DNA of 64,000 nt from Phoronis australis. Taxonomy: Eukaryota > Animalia > Phoronida. The DNA lies in the NCBI GenBank assembly GCA_002633005.1, contig NMRA01000216.1:198772-262771 (forward strand), in the 5' to 3' direction. This document shows positions 14,382-27,375 of this stretch, in pieces. A program made the translations under genes and the position numbers. Every line of letters starts with the position of its first letter. Position 1 is the stretch's first letter. Below the pieces are notes generated by a model. That model was not told the origin of the DNA. It saw nothing but the letters and a program-made list of their open reading frames with translations, and did no database searches.

Positions 14382-15674
14382 ATCTTATCTAAAGTCATAC
14401 ACCATACATTTTAAATACAGTGAGTTTTGTCCCTAATTTTACTTGATTTCATTAAGGACTACTTGGATTTTGAATTTTTCTGTGACTAAATTCTTTTCCA
14501 CGAGCTTCAGTTAGAGCCTGACTAGCTTAGATTTAGCAATTTTGACTTGACCTAATTCTCTGTACAGGGTAGTACTCGTGAATGTTTCTGTTTTGGGTCA
14601 CACATGGTATTAAGCCAGTCAAACAATCTTTGAAAAATTCATTCATTCTGTATTAGACGCTGTAATGTTTGATTTAAAAGAGGAAGTTTGTAGTTTAGTT
14701 GGGATTCACAACGAATAAAAGGAATGCTACCACTGCCACTGTCACCACTAATTGTCAATTCCTCTGTTGGCAGTTACCATGGAAACATAGCCACAATCTA
14801 TGGTAGTGTTGTTTCACACACTGGTGAATGATCTGGTTTTAGAAAATCATTGTTCATTTTATTCTACCGTTAATTCATTCATTTGCAGGATTTTAGTATT
14901 TAGTAATTGTTTTTTTATCATTTGAAAATACAGAACTTCTGAAGCTGACTCATGAAAAGGTTGATGCAAACACAAATACTTGGTTATACTTTATATCATA
15001 AAGTTACACAGGGGCCATCATAAAATTGTGCTAAATTCTTGGGGTGGATTTTAGAAACTGTTCAACTGGACAAATTTTAATACTGATACATTTTGGATTG
15101 AATGGAGCAAAATAGTTAATTCTGTGTATAATTTTTCCAGGATAATCTTGATTATCCTAGTTTGAAGTTGGCGGCATTTCTGTGTGGCTTTCTGAAGCCA
15201 AAGTTGCTGTTTTATTACCTCAAATAATGTGTCATGGTAAAATTGTTTGCACTGCAAAGTAAGTGGTCATAGGAACCAGTGTTATATCTCAGGACAGTTG
15301 TATCTCTCAAACATTGTTGGGAAACATGAGTTCAATAAACAATCATGTTTATTTGTTATGCTTGTTGTTTATTTGAAATTACTCTCAGTCGCAACTGTTG
15401 GCATCCAGTTGTGGACAATGCTGAGGCTAACAAGGGCGTTGTAATCGGTATTTTAATGGTAATTTCAAGCCATTGGTTAAGATCACAACTTCAATGCTCG
15501 TTTCTCAGCGAAGTGTTTGCGCGTGGTAAGGGGTTCGTGATAAGGGAAGTGGACATTTATTCCGCTAGGCCACAGTGCGTCCTACCGTATATACGCCTAT
15601 ATCTGAATTCACGCTTGTGTAGCGAGTACCGAAGGGAGTGAAGCTTGTCTACGTCGTAGATCTGTGCAACAAGT

Positions 15675-15710
15675 GAATAAAACGTATAAGACGGGCTCCG
15701 GCACAATAAA
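15675..15710 (+). terminator. Candidate CTDNEP1 polyadenylation signals
   Basis: Two AATAAA (~15676, ~15705) followed by a GT/T-rich stretch; inference only. Confidence 0.3.
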
Positions 15711-16351
15711 CTGATTTTAAGTGTCGTTTAAGTGCATGCTCCTCTGTGCGAAACCGGCACTCGAGCTGAGGCGGGTCTTTTCAGACAAAAACACTGTTTT
15801 GACTGTAGGTGTCGTGGCTAAAATATGCCAATATCTGATATTAGCTCATACGCGATGAACTTTTTTTTTTACCGCTGCGATACACACAACGATGCACAGC
15901 CTGGGCTGCGTTCTGTAGAAGCAAGAATTTCGCAAGTGAACTAGTGTGATGTGTGGCGATATCTCACTAAGTCTAGGGTTTTCGCGAGGTTCTTGCGCCT
16001 AAAATACGACACCCTTAGTATAAAAGCTGTATATTGAATAAATGTAGGCCTACTATAAGTCGTGTGATGTGACCAACTAGTGGTGCGTAAGAAAGCTAAT
16101 AATTCTTACTTATACCATATAAACGCGGTAATTTATTACAACATAACCGCATGCAAATAAAAAATTGGTAGTGGGAAATCAAATGATTAGTTAAAATGAC
16201 TCCTGCCGCGATTCCGTCCAAGAACTGAACTTTTGATGCGGATCACTTCATCGCTGTAAAATCGATCTCGGTCTGTTTCTCGCGTACTCGGATGAGAAGC
16301 GATTTCTGGGTCTGCGCAGAACTGGCAGTTCGTTAGAGGCTGATCGCGAGC

Positions 16352-16467
16352 AGTAACCGGAAGTGTCCACTCTTTCCAAGCCCTGAAGTAACCTGGTTCC
16401 CGGGCCTCACAAGCTGACGTCACGGATTGCTCGAGGATCTGTGCAGTAGACTAGTCCTGAAGGTACC
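16352..16467 (+). promoter_or_regulatory. Candidate promoter/first non-coding exon region upstream of FABP
   Basis: CpG-enriched patch with an ETS-type CCGGAAGT, a CRE TGACGTCA and a possible donor AAG/GTACCT; possible acceptor ttttag ending at 17956 just before the FABP ATG. Confidence 0.3.
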
Positions 16468-17969
16468 TTCAATTTGGCTTAGGAACAATTCGAGACCAAT
16501 TTCAAAGCGATAAGTGGTATAAATTAAGTTTTTCGCGATGGAAGACTAGTTTTCATTAGCTGATGGGTATGCCTTGCAGTCCAAGAGGAAAGTTTTGTCA
16601 GCCTTCTGGTTAACTTCTGCCGGCACTGGGTGACGCACTTTTCACTTGCACTAAAATTGTGTTATATGTTGTTGCCTGTGTGTGGTTGGAGTTCAGGTTC
16701 CTGGGTAAGGTTTTTGTCCGTGGTAGGACTTTTTGCGATGTGTGATAGGTGTCTACGCACAGACATGTGGACGAGATTTCATTAAAAGGACACAATAGGC
16801 GAGAAAAGTGTTTTTTGTGAGGTTAGCCCCGGGTCGGATTCGAACTCGTGACCAATGCTGAGGCAACAAACCTGCGTTCCCGTCAAATTAAGACGCGAAC
16901 TTTCCATTTAGACCCTTGTCTCGCAGACAATGGTAGACAAGACTGAAGTGATCAAATTATTGTAGCAATCTTTTAGTTGTCAGAAAAATTATTGAAGATG
17001 CTACAAATCTGCGTTACGACGAAACATATAACTTTTGATTTAGACCACTTACCGTTATGAAATTAGTCTCAAGTTATTACTTACTCAGATGTTACTGGTT
17101 CCTAGAGCTCAGATGAAAATGAGCGTTTTTTGGGGTCTTGCTAAGAACTCAGTCTGGCAATTGTTATTCAGACCAAATGCAATTACAAAACTGCAGGAAA
17201 CACCGTGATTTGAAATTTTATGAGTTAAATGTGACCAAATAATGACCAGTCAGTTCTTTCCGAGTCTTGACGGATCACTGAGTAAACAACGGGATAAGGC
17301 CATTAATGTAACGGTAATTAAGGCCTAAATCACAACTTGTTTTTAATAGAAAACACTGGTTCAATGCCCTGTTAACTGTAGGCCTTGTGATCCTGTCAGT
17401 GAAGGAGTCAAACTTGATATTTTTCTTTGAACCTTAGATGTAAACGAAATATGCATATGTATTGTACAATTTTCGCTTTTACAAGTTCACATTCCGCTGA
17501 CCTTCTAAGCTAACGATGAGTCATCAATGGTGCATCTAGTGCGTCTAGAAGTCAGCACTGAACGTACACCAAATTAAGCCCCCTTCATTTGCTCAGACCG
17601 ATACTACTGTTATCTATACAATCCGTGAAGTTGTTGCACCGCATAGCTGGAGCTCTACACTCGTTTCAGTTATCCAATAGCGTCAATTGACAACCTTACG
17701 CAAAAAGGAAGTAGTAATCGGATTATTAGTTATAGTCATAGAACTGTAGTTTCATATGGGTGGTAGATAACACTTTCAAGTACAAAATATAAATCAGTAA
17801 TATAATAATATCTTGATGTAATTGATGTTAAAATAGTGGTTCTGTTTTGTTTATTGTAAGTGATAAGTAATTGAGTCAATGAACGTGGTTCGGACTTTGC
17901 GCAAGCGATAACACTCCACTCCCGGCATTTCGCTGGACCGCTAGATTAACTTTTAGATCTACCTAGGCC

Positions 17970-20119
17970 ATGGCTAAATCCGTGAAAGGCAAGTGGAAAT
18001 TTGAATCCAGTGATGGACTTGACGAGCACATGAAAGCTTTGGGTAAGACATTTGTACTAGATTCAAGAGTTAATTGTTTCTTGTACATGCCTGAATTGTC
18101 CACAGCACTAACTCCGGGCTAGGACAACCCAGGGAAGCGCTCTGTAGGCACAAGGTGATTCGCAAAAAAGATAGTGTGATCGCGTGCTTTAGTTGCAATG
18201 TTTGATAATATTTCGCGAAGACTTGCGTGATCTCAAGTTTTTGCGAGATTCTTGCGATCGCACCCTACGTATGCACTAAAGATAGAGAGAAGTACACTGG
18301 TCTCTCTTTCGTGTAGCATTGTTCCACTAACGTCAGTCGAGAACTGGAATAGGAATAGTAGGCATCCATTCTCATGACATTAAATCAAAATGGCACCCTT
18401 TTGTCAGGGAAAAGGAGCAAAATCCAACCTTCGGATTAATACGTCTCGTATGCACTGCCTATCCACGTAGGCTACATGATGTACGCCTCAGCCCTAAAAA
18501 CGGCATGCCGATTTCCGACTGCTCCCTTTCCCCTTAAATCAGCCTATATGAGACGACAAAATATGCGCCCGACCCAAGACGATACCTGAGAGGGCAAGAT
18601 ATTCACCCGAGACTATACCTCAGAAGTCGAGTTATCCATCTCAAGCCGGACTACGAATCTCAGTTATGCGAGATCTCCCCGCCGAGATTTCATGTTCAAA
18701 CCGATTCAAACCATGAAGTTTTTTTGGCCTGAGCCACAGGGCGTTTATATTCCTCTCCAGTCGTTGGCACGAAGACAGTGTACTATTTAGCAATGATAAT
18801 CTTGGTACAGTTGATCTCTAAGTTTATGTATCGTTGCTGTGACTGCCTTGCTTTTTCTATTACAGAAGTCAACTTTGCTCTACGCAAGATCGGGGGTTTT
18901 CAAAAACCACAAGAAGAGATACGATGTGAAGACGACACCTGGTTCTTAGATATCTATTCCACTTTTAAGAATATACACCTGAAATTCAAATTAGACGAAG
19001 AATTTGACGAATCGACTGTCGATGGAAGGAAAGTTAAGGTGCATGCACTTTTTCGTTTTACCGAGATCCAGTTTTGACCAAATAATTTTGAAATGACTTC
19101 TTTTTTGAAATACATGGTTGCTTTTGTTAAGTAGGATATGCTTTTACAGATAATCGTTATTCAGTTTTGAAGTAACTTGCCTGATGCACGCATTTCAATG
19201 TAAAGCTTTATTTTTTTCTCGCCTTCGCCTCTGCAGTCGACATTCAGATCAGAAGATGGAAAACTAATCCATTACCAAGTTGGAAAACCTTGTGACGTCA
19301 CCATCACGAGGGAACTAGTTGACGACGATACTTTAAAGATAGTAAGTCCAGTTCACATTTTAATTCTTACGATATGTTCTAGTCTAGAAGTTTTAGGCAT
19401 TGTCACACCATGACGAGTGCGGTTTCGTCGAAAAAACGCACCTTTCGTGCAGGAAAGCGTTTGTAAAAATTATAAAACATTCAAACAAAAACTCATTATT
19501 GTTGGCAAGGGGTCCGTTCCTAGAAAAATGACTTAGCTAAGACAAATCTTGAATTTCAGTTTTAGGATAAAACTTGAATTTGTCTCAAATCCGTTTCAAG
19601 AAAGAAATCTTAAATTTGGCTTTAAGTTTTTGACTTGAGTTTTGTTTTAATTTTGACTAAGTTACTGGATGTGGAAGTTTCAAAGTTTGGAAGTTGAGCC
19701 AAATATTAGACTTCAGTCAAATGAACGTGAGCTAGTTTCTTGGAACGGGCCCTTGGCCTTTGTCGCCAATTACAATAAAGAGTATAAAATTACGCAATTG
19801 CTAAACCACGCAACCACAGTCAATCAAAGTGTACTTATAGGTGTAATATTTGTGTATTGCTTAACAAATTTCTGGTTGTCAGTTCGAAGAAATTTTTCTA
19901 ATTCACGAGAATTTTAGGAATCTCAGTGCATCCGAGAAACGACATGTTTTATTAATTTCTATTAGCATTTTAGACACATTTTATGTAATACACAAAATAC
20001 AAAATTCCTATCAATTGCCTCGGTAACGCAGACTATAAAAATTGATGACTGTTTTCCAGACTATGATTCCCACCGGTCGCGAGGGCACGTGCACCAGGAT
20101 TTTCAAGAGGATTGAATAG
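17970..20119 (+). CDS. Fatty acid-binding protein (iLBP/FABP family), 136 aa; exons 17970-18042, 18866-19038, 19237-19341, 20060-20119
   Basis: MAKSVKGKWKFESSDGLDEHMKALE/VNFALRKIGG...FKLDEEFDESTVDGRKVK/STFRSEDGKLIHYQVGKPCDVTITRELVDDDTLKI/TMIPTGREGTCTRIFKRIE*. GxW motif, canonical 4-exon FABP structure (73/173/105/60 nt), all GT-AG. Confidence 0.93.
19509..19752. mobile_element. Harbinger-like MITE in FABP intron 3
   Basis: TIR ggggtccgttcctagaaa / tttcttggaacgggccc. Confidence 0.55.
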
Positions 20120-23100
20120 AGTGGTCTAATGTGTTCAGATCTCATGGAGTTTTCTGAAACCCCGTCAGGTGGCAGCAAACCCTGCCGTGTGTTATAGTTA
20201 ACTGTACATTTACTAGATAATCTTATCAAAAACGTATTTGATGCATCAAATGTAAATATATATCTTATTCAATTTTGAATGCACAAAAATTGTCACACAC
20301 TGTTTCCTATTCTCATGTTAAGTTAAAACTGATTTTATTTGTTCTTGGCCAAAGTATCATTTAAAATCTGACAACGGCAGCGCCGCGACCGAAAATTTCA
20401 ACAACAAAAAAGCTTATACAAACAGACGCAACGTTTCACTCTTACATAAGAGCATCACTAGGCAATAGAGGGGAAAGTGTCAAAGAATTGGAAGCAAGAA
20501 GTTAAAACAAACTACAGCACACATCACGAATTTTTGTCCGACTGGTCGGAAATTGGTCGACGACCAGCCGTCGATCGGTCGTCTAGCCGACCAACAACGG
20601 TCGGCTAGGAGCTGTCTGCTGAGTCGTCTCTGTGGTCGGCACATGGGTCGGCTAAGTGGTCGTCAAGCGTAGACGACCAATTCGGTTAAAGCGTGTCCTT
20701 GCTCGGCAATTACCATTTCATGACTTAGCGGGTGAACTTTGGCCAAACAAACATTTAACAGTTCGCTGTTCGTTCACCAGTGGCGACTCCGGTCTTGACA
20801 TCGGTTTATCAACTTTTGTTCAGCTATTGAAAGGAGGTAAAATCGAATCAACCTACAAATACGAAGTGCGTGACATTTCGCCAGCCTAAAACCTTATGGC
20901 GAATTAATGACGCCGTGGTAAAATCAAACGTTTATATCGCGGAAGCATAATTTCTGTCTCTTAGTATGAGACTTTTTATACAGTACATTATGCATAAAAA
21001 CAAGCAAGAAATTTGAAATTTTACAGTAAAATTGCACAAAAATCAGAATACAACGCTGGCTGTTTTACGACCTCAAGTGTTTTCATGCCGCGGAATGCTC
21101 AACAAGCAGCACGCATTCGCGCTCATCTGTTATTGCTCTTGATCATCACTTCATCACGTTGTATAATTTGCTTTGCCACAGATAATTATTGTTTATTTTT
21201 GTATAATTTCTTAATATGTTGGTACAGCAGTAGAACAAAAGTTTATTTTAAAAACAACATAAACAAAGGTTTTAACATAGCGCAGTGATTAAGATCATGG
21301 GCGCATGAAAACGGAAGCATGGTGATCGGTTATAATGTCATCCATGATCCATCATCTTTCTGAATTTGTTGTCACTTCCGGAGTAAAAAATTGTTTCGAA
21401 GCTAGAGCCTTCCTATTTAGCCAGCTAGCTGTATGAAGACTATTGTCAAAATATAGCAAGGTGTTACTGTGTATTGAGCTGCGACAGACCTCGAAACTGC
21501 AAACAGCTCGAATAAATGCGCTCGTCACCTCGTCGTGAAGCTTGTATCAACATGAGCTGAAGACCGGCGGGTGTGCATGCAAAATCTGGAACTCAATTGA
21601 TATTCACCTTGCCCGTTACGGCCGTTTAAGCGAAAAATATCCGACGTCATCTTCTTGCGTAATTCTCTGCATTGGTAACAAAGAAATGTATGTCGTCGTT
21701 TTGAAAGTAGTACATTTGTGACACGCGCCACTTCCAGAAATTTTTCGACATCTCCCATTAGATGATGACAACATCGCAGCAAAATCTGTTTTAAAATTCG
21801 GTTTACTGATATCAAATTCCAAAAACATATAATGAAGTGAAACCAATTCTTATCATTTATTGAGACGTTTAGGCAACCTCGAGGGAGAACGTTTGATTGA
21901 AGAATCTGGGAAAAAGAAACTGACTAATAGGTGACGCAATATTTCATTGCGCCGAAAGTCGACGCAAAAGATCACACCACAATTTTAGCAGCAGAATAAT
22001 AGTAGAAAAGCAATATTTTCAACGCCGGTAAATAACTTAGATTACTCAAGAAATATTTCATTGGGTCAGTTTTTACTCACAACGGCGCAATTAAAACTTG
22101 TATATTTAATTTAGTAAACAGCTTTGCACCAAGGCCAAGCCCTTTGGAGTAAGAACACAATACTTAGCGTTTCGCGTCTACTCTAAGGGGTAAAAGTTAT
22201 GTCATTACAAACTTCTCCTGTTGAGAGTTTCTTTCTCACAAAAGCGGTCTTCGAATGTAGAATCTGGCGTGTGGTATGTAGTGTTTGTCCAATCGTTTTA
22301 GTTCACGTTCTTTCCGAAAATTATCTAAACGAATGTTTGTTTTCAAAGCAGGGGGAGAATTGCGATCAGATATAAATGTGAATGGCTTATTGTTCTCGTA
22401 CGTGCTATTCACAGTTATAACATATATAATTCAACCGATATTACAATACACGTATGCCTAAGAACGTGCTCCGGCCGAGTCAGTGACCCTGTAATCAGTA
22501 TGCCGTAAACTTTGTTTATCTAAACTTTGAAGACGTGCTTTGTACTTGGTCTCGGTTTATTAATGAAGGTCCTGACAACACACGACTCTGAAAGTTTTGA
22601 AAACGCAACTCTTTACGCAGATACGTTTTCTGCCCACGCATACATTTGATGTAGCCCCAGCCCAACTCTCATTAAGTAAAGTTAGTGGCAGCCAGCTCAC
22701 ACTAAACCCCGGCGGCGAGCCACATTTCAGGGCACAAACTACTGACGTGTGTCATTGCGTCAAGTTTAATATTTATTAGAGCTCAAATCATGAAATATAT
22801 ACAAAAGTGCAAATATGGTGATAGCCAAACGGCGGAGTTTTGAGGCCTGAATTCTGGACACTGGGGTTCAGTGCCAGTGCCTAGGTTTTTGTGAGTCATA
22901 AAAATGAAAAGTGGGCAAAAGTTAAGTACAACTGTTTCATAGTAAAAAATCTGGTCAAAAGAGATTGAAAGAATATTAAAAGAAGTGTTGTTGTTATCTC
23001 TGATCAGTGTTGGAAATGATCCCAGCCACCGCGAGTATGATAGGGCTTATAAATCAACACGATAGTTTCCTCGTACTTCGCAAAGTTTAGTTTATAACTT

Positions 23101-23623
23101 ATTAGTTCATCGATTTTTAAAAATGGAAAACCATGCTTGGTTGTTTTTTTTCCAACTTAATACAGCCATGGAGTTTAACGAAATTCGGCGCCGGGCGCCG
23201 TGCGCCGCCCCTGCCACTCGACTATTTTGAGTCATTTTCTGCAGACCGCGGACGAGATTCATGAAGTCGCACACTGCAGGCTATATAGAAGCACAAAAAA
23301 ACTGTTTCCCGGAGCGTGGAAAAGTCTGCGGACAGGAAAAATGTTTTGTTTCAGTAGCGCCGTAACGCCGCCGTGGGGACGTGACGCGAAAGTTTTTTCA
23401 GTTTCCTTGAGCCTAGAACTACGAAAGTGCACTAGGCCACAGAAATAAAATAAACTATTTATCTCGATATCTCAACTTTTTATCTTGTCATATCTGAGCT
23501 GTAAATTTCGAGTACCGGGTAACACAGAGCATGAGCGCTTAACGGCGGGAGATCTAACCACATGTCGACTGGTTTTCAAAAAGACTCCGCCGTAACTCAG
23601 GGGACGCCAGACTACGGCACGGA

Positions 23624-25578
23624 GTCGCTCTCAAAATACCTTTATAAAACTATTTCTGTGATGTCATCTCCTCGGACGACCACATCCCTTCCCTCGTTCC
23701 ATTCAGTTTCCAAAAGTCCTTTAACTCAGTTCGTGGTTGCGTTTTTCTGATTGCGTGAACCGTTTAGCCGGTCTGGACCCACTTTCCCTCCAAGCCTATT
23801 GCTTCCGATGACTTGTTTTGGCTCTCCATCTATGACATCATTTATCAGTTCTGTGAGAAAACCTTTTCCTCATGAGGAGAAAAGGGTTCTGACCTTTTTC
23901 TACTCATTTTATTGATGACAGAGCCACCAGGAAAATAGGCGTCTGCACTGACTCTATCTACAACTGTGTGTTGTCATTGAAACCCACGTGATCATAGCTC
24001 CATTGAAGCACTTCAATAGTTTCTTTGTTGGGTTAACCCAGCTCGACACAGTGGGGTGCCTTGGATACTTTAAACTAGGTGTGCGTGCAGTAACGCTAGG
24101 ACCTAGCTAAAATCTAGCAAAAGTCAGGTGATCTCATTTAAAATACACGGCAATATCTCACGTAATCTCGCAAAGTCTTGCTTTTTAGCGAGGTCCTAGC
24201 GTTACTGAACGCCGGAGGCAGGTTTCACTGAACCTGCTCCTGTAAACAAGAGCTACATGGAGCGTTGAAATGCACCCAGGACGGCAATGCAATTGAAGAA
24301 TTATTTTTAAGTCACGTTTTTGAGAAAAAAAATCCATTCGGAAGCACAGCAGTGATCCAATTGTTGTCGAGTTTAAAATATGTCTACACACGGCAAATTG
24401 TGAACTTTCAAAGGGTTAAGTAGATATCAACACAGATGTCAACAAGAGCAACGCAGAGCGTTGAAATTTGCCCACGATAGCACTGCAATTACAGGTGTGC
24501 TTCAACGAGTATACTTTAGAATTATAAGAATATCCATTAAACGCCGCATATTTCGTCAAGTCATCCGAATTGAGAAAGTGGCGCCTATACACCACGCCCA
24601 CTCTCGCACGCGCGCGCACGCAGACACATATACACTCGATTAAAAATTCAATTCAACGGCCAAGAATCCCCAGTTAAAAAGTGTACAGGCGACATACACT
24701 TATCGAAAAGGTCTATGTGAAAAAATTACCTTGCGTATTTTCTCATGCCACTATAGGTGTACTAGGCTACGTCGCCCGCCTGATCGACCGACTGGGTCGT
24801 GCTGCAGGGCATCAGTCGTTCTCAAAAATACCTTTATAAAACTACACCACTTCCCTCGTTACACTCAGATTCCAAAATTCCTTTAACTGTTCATGGTTGC
24901 GTTTTTCTGATTGCGGGAGCTGTTTAACCAGTCTGGACCCCAAGCCCGTTGCTTCCGTTGACTTGTTTTGGCGTCACTTTTCTAGTCTCCATCGATGACA
25001 TCATTTTTTCTGTAATCGATTCTGTGAGGAAACCTTTTCCTCAGAAGGAAAGTGTTCTGAACTTTTTCTACTCATTTTATTGATGACAGAGCCACCAGGA
25101 AAATGCGTCTGCACTCATTCTACCTACAACTGTGTGCTGTCAGGGAAACCCACGTGATCACAGTTCCATTGAAGCACTTCAATAGTTTCTTTGTTGGGTT
25201 AACCCAGCTCGACACAGTGGGGTGCCTTAGATACCTTAAACCAGGTTTCATTGAACCCGCTCCCTGTAAACAACAGCTAAATGTAGCGTTGAAATGCACC
25301 CACGACTGCAATGCAATTCCAGTAGCGTTTTTAATATCGTAAAATGGACATTAAACGGCACAGAATATATTGAACCTATCCAAAGCAGGGCGTCGTCTTC
25401 TCTCTGAGAACAATGTCAGACAAATTAAATGAAAATCCGCAAAGGAACTCTTAAGATAGAGAAAGGCGTAACTCACCAACGATAGCACTGCAAAAGGTGT
25501 GCTTCAATGAGTATGTTTAGAATTACAAGAATATATCGCATATTACGTGAAGCGCATTCGAATTGAGAAGGTAGCACC
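23624..25578. repeat. Internal direct duplication (~0.8-1 kb unit, 2 diverged copies: ~23624-24590 and ~24815-25578)
   Basis: Shared blocks include ctcaaaatacctttataaaact, tttttctactcattttattgatgacagagccaccaggaaaat, gggttaacccagctcgacacagtggggtgcctt and cgatagcactgcaa..gtgtgcttcaa. Confidence 0.85.
24078..24218. mobile_element. ~140 bp MITE inserted in only one copy of the duplication
   Basis: Inverted repeat gcgtgcagtaacgctaggacct / aggtcctagcgttactgaacgc; absent from the equivalent position (~25241) of copy 2. Confidence 0.7.
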
Positions 25579-25855
25579 ATCTCTTCAAAACATAACTATT
25601 TGCAGTATTTCATGAAAATAAGCTAACGAATCATGAGACTTACAAAAAATTAACATTAGGTGCCACAGCTATAGTCCGATATGTCATCTCTTTTGCCGTT
25701 TCTCATGGGATGTATAATAAAACGGTTGGCTAATCGAGTGCTCTTCTAAAATGCTGATTATATAATTGTCCAAATGGCGTGCAAAAAAGAGAAACGTCTC
25801 TCGTAGGATGTATGACACAACAGATGACTGCAAATAGTGATTCCACAGATATCGA

Positions 25856-25928
25856 GTCCTCTGTGGCTCAGTGGATACAGCACAAGACCAGCAATCTGAA
25901 GACCGGTGGTTCGATTCGCAGTGGAGAC
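25856..25928 (+). mobile_element. tRNA-derived SINE head / tRNA-like relic
   Basis: A box TGGCTCAGTGG and B box GGTTCGATTC at tRNA spacing; stems are imperfect. Confidence 0.5.
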
Positions 25929-25980
25929 GGCACCAGTAACCTGAAGAAGGGTGACGGAGACGGCACAAGACCAGCAACGT

Positions 25981-26068
25981 GAGAGGCAGAGAGGCAGAGA
26001 GGCAGAGAGGCAGAGAGGCAGAGAGGCAGAGAGGCAGAGAGGCAGAGAGGCAGAGAGGCAGAGAGGCA
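25981..26068. repeat. (GAGAGGCA)11 perfect octamer microsatellite
   Basis: 88 bp uninterrupted array. Confidence 0.95.
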
Positions 26069-26755
26069 ATTAAATTCGTTACATTTTTCAATTGTTTGTC
26101 CAAGGGCTTGCAGATGGTCCGTTGTTGAGTAGCTCTTTCTACACCCTGCTTGTTCTCGGGGTTGATTTTCATCTAGTTGTTTCTCCATTCTATTTTGTAA
26201 TAGCCTTGTGAATAGTTTGTATGTATGGGCTAATAAGCTTATGGGTCTATAGTTCTTTATATCACTTCGGTCTCCTTTTTTAAATATTATTATTATTTTT
26301 GCTTCTTTTCAGCATTCTGATGTTTTGGGTCCTTAGAATTACCTTGAATGCTTTTGTCAAGTATTTGATTGTTTCTTGTCCTCCTGCCGAAATTATATCG
26401 CTTGTAATATTATCATTTCATGGTGGTTTTCTTTTCTTCATCTTTCTGAGGGAACGTTCCTACTTCCTCCTCAGTGAAAGGTGGTACTTGTTCTGTGTCT
26501 AGATTACTGGTTCTTATCTTTTCTGGTGGATTCATCATTTTCTAATATAAAATTTTGTAGAAATCGGCACATATTTTGAGTATTTTTTCTCTGTTATTTG
26601 TTATTTCTCCGTTAGTGTTTCGCATTTTTGATATCTTCTTTTTATTTCCTTGCCTGTAGATTTCTTTTGGTCCTTTTCCTCTTTCAATTGTGTCCATTAT
26701 CATCTTTGTTCTTTTTCGTCGGCCTCTATTTCTCTTCATTTTTTTCACTGTTTTG
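26069..26755 (-). pseudogene. RTE-clade LINE ORF fragment (linker and start of reverse transcriptase), frameshifted and truncated
   Basis: Minus-strand translation gives [71 protein letters not shown] and GEITNNREKILKICADFYKILY, both typical non-LTR RT motifs. Confidence 0.88.
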
Positions 26756-27375
26756 TTAAGTTAAACTAAGTTAATTTATTTGACCCTGTGCTAAGACGAA
26801 TATGCATCGACAGGCAAAGTGGTGTGAGCCTGACAACCTATTACGCAACTGCTACTCTAGCCTAAAAATAGCAGCCGACCAGCTGGTCGGTTGATGGCCG
26901 GTCGGCTGAAGGGTCGCCTGGGGAGTCGCCTTATGAGTCGGCACTGCGGCCGGCTGCCGGTCGGTTAATTTTAGCCGACCGGTCGACGGTCGGTCGCCGA
27001 CCAATTTCCGACCGATCGGACAAAAAATCGTGATGTGTGCTGTAATACAGTGAACAAGTCATCACCGCAGGTGCAAGAACGCAACTGATGTATTAGTTCG
27101 GTTACAAGTCGATACTTTCTCAAGTTCTCTTTTGGCTTATGATGCTCTTAAGTAAGAGTGAAACGCTGCGCAAGTTTTTTTTTTGAAATATGAAATTTTC
27201 TGTTGCTACTGAAGCTGACTGTCAGACTTTTAATGAATTAAAACTTAATTAGAATTTACTTTCAAGGCAATTCAAAGCCTCCCGTAGGAGGCCTGTCGTT
27301 TTGAGCATATATTTACGGATTCTATCAAAATTCAAGCACTGATAGCATTTTTATGGAGTCACCCAATTTTGATGT

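Larger units (their letters stand above)
20515..27042. mobile_element. ~6.5 kb non-autonomous DNA transposon with TIRs and TA flanks
   Basis: TA|cagcacacatcacgaatttttgtccgactggtcggaaattggtcg at left; the reverse complement ends at 27042|TA; subterminal ggtcg/cgacc repeats; no intact transposase seen. Confidence 0.85.
20365..27229. mobile_element. Older TTAA-flanked inverted-repeat element (Kolobok-like MITE, ~335 bp) split by a nested insertion
   Basis: 20365-20470 is the diverged reverse complement of 27130-27229 (cgca(a/g)cgtttcactcttac(a/t)taagagcatca; aa(g)tctgaca ends); TTAA at 20361-64 and 27230-33. Confidence 0.6.

Noticed and set aside
21013-21288. Duplicated ORF (MPRNAQQ...) also at 31444-31710
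   Set aside because: Both lie in copies of the same transposon end; their starts and stops differ and no domain is recognisable.
25684-26172. 162-aa and 103-aa ORFs with LPLCLSAS repeats
   Set aside because: They result from translating the octamer microsatellite and LINE debris.
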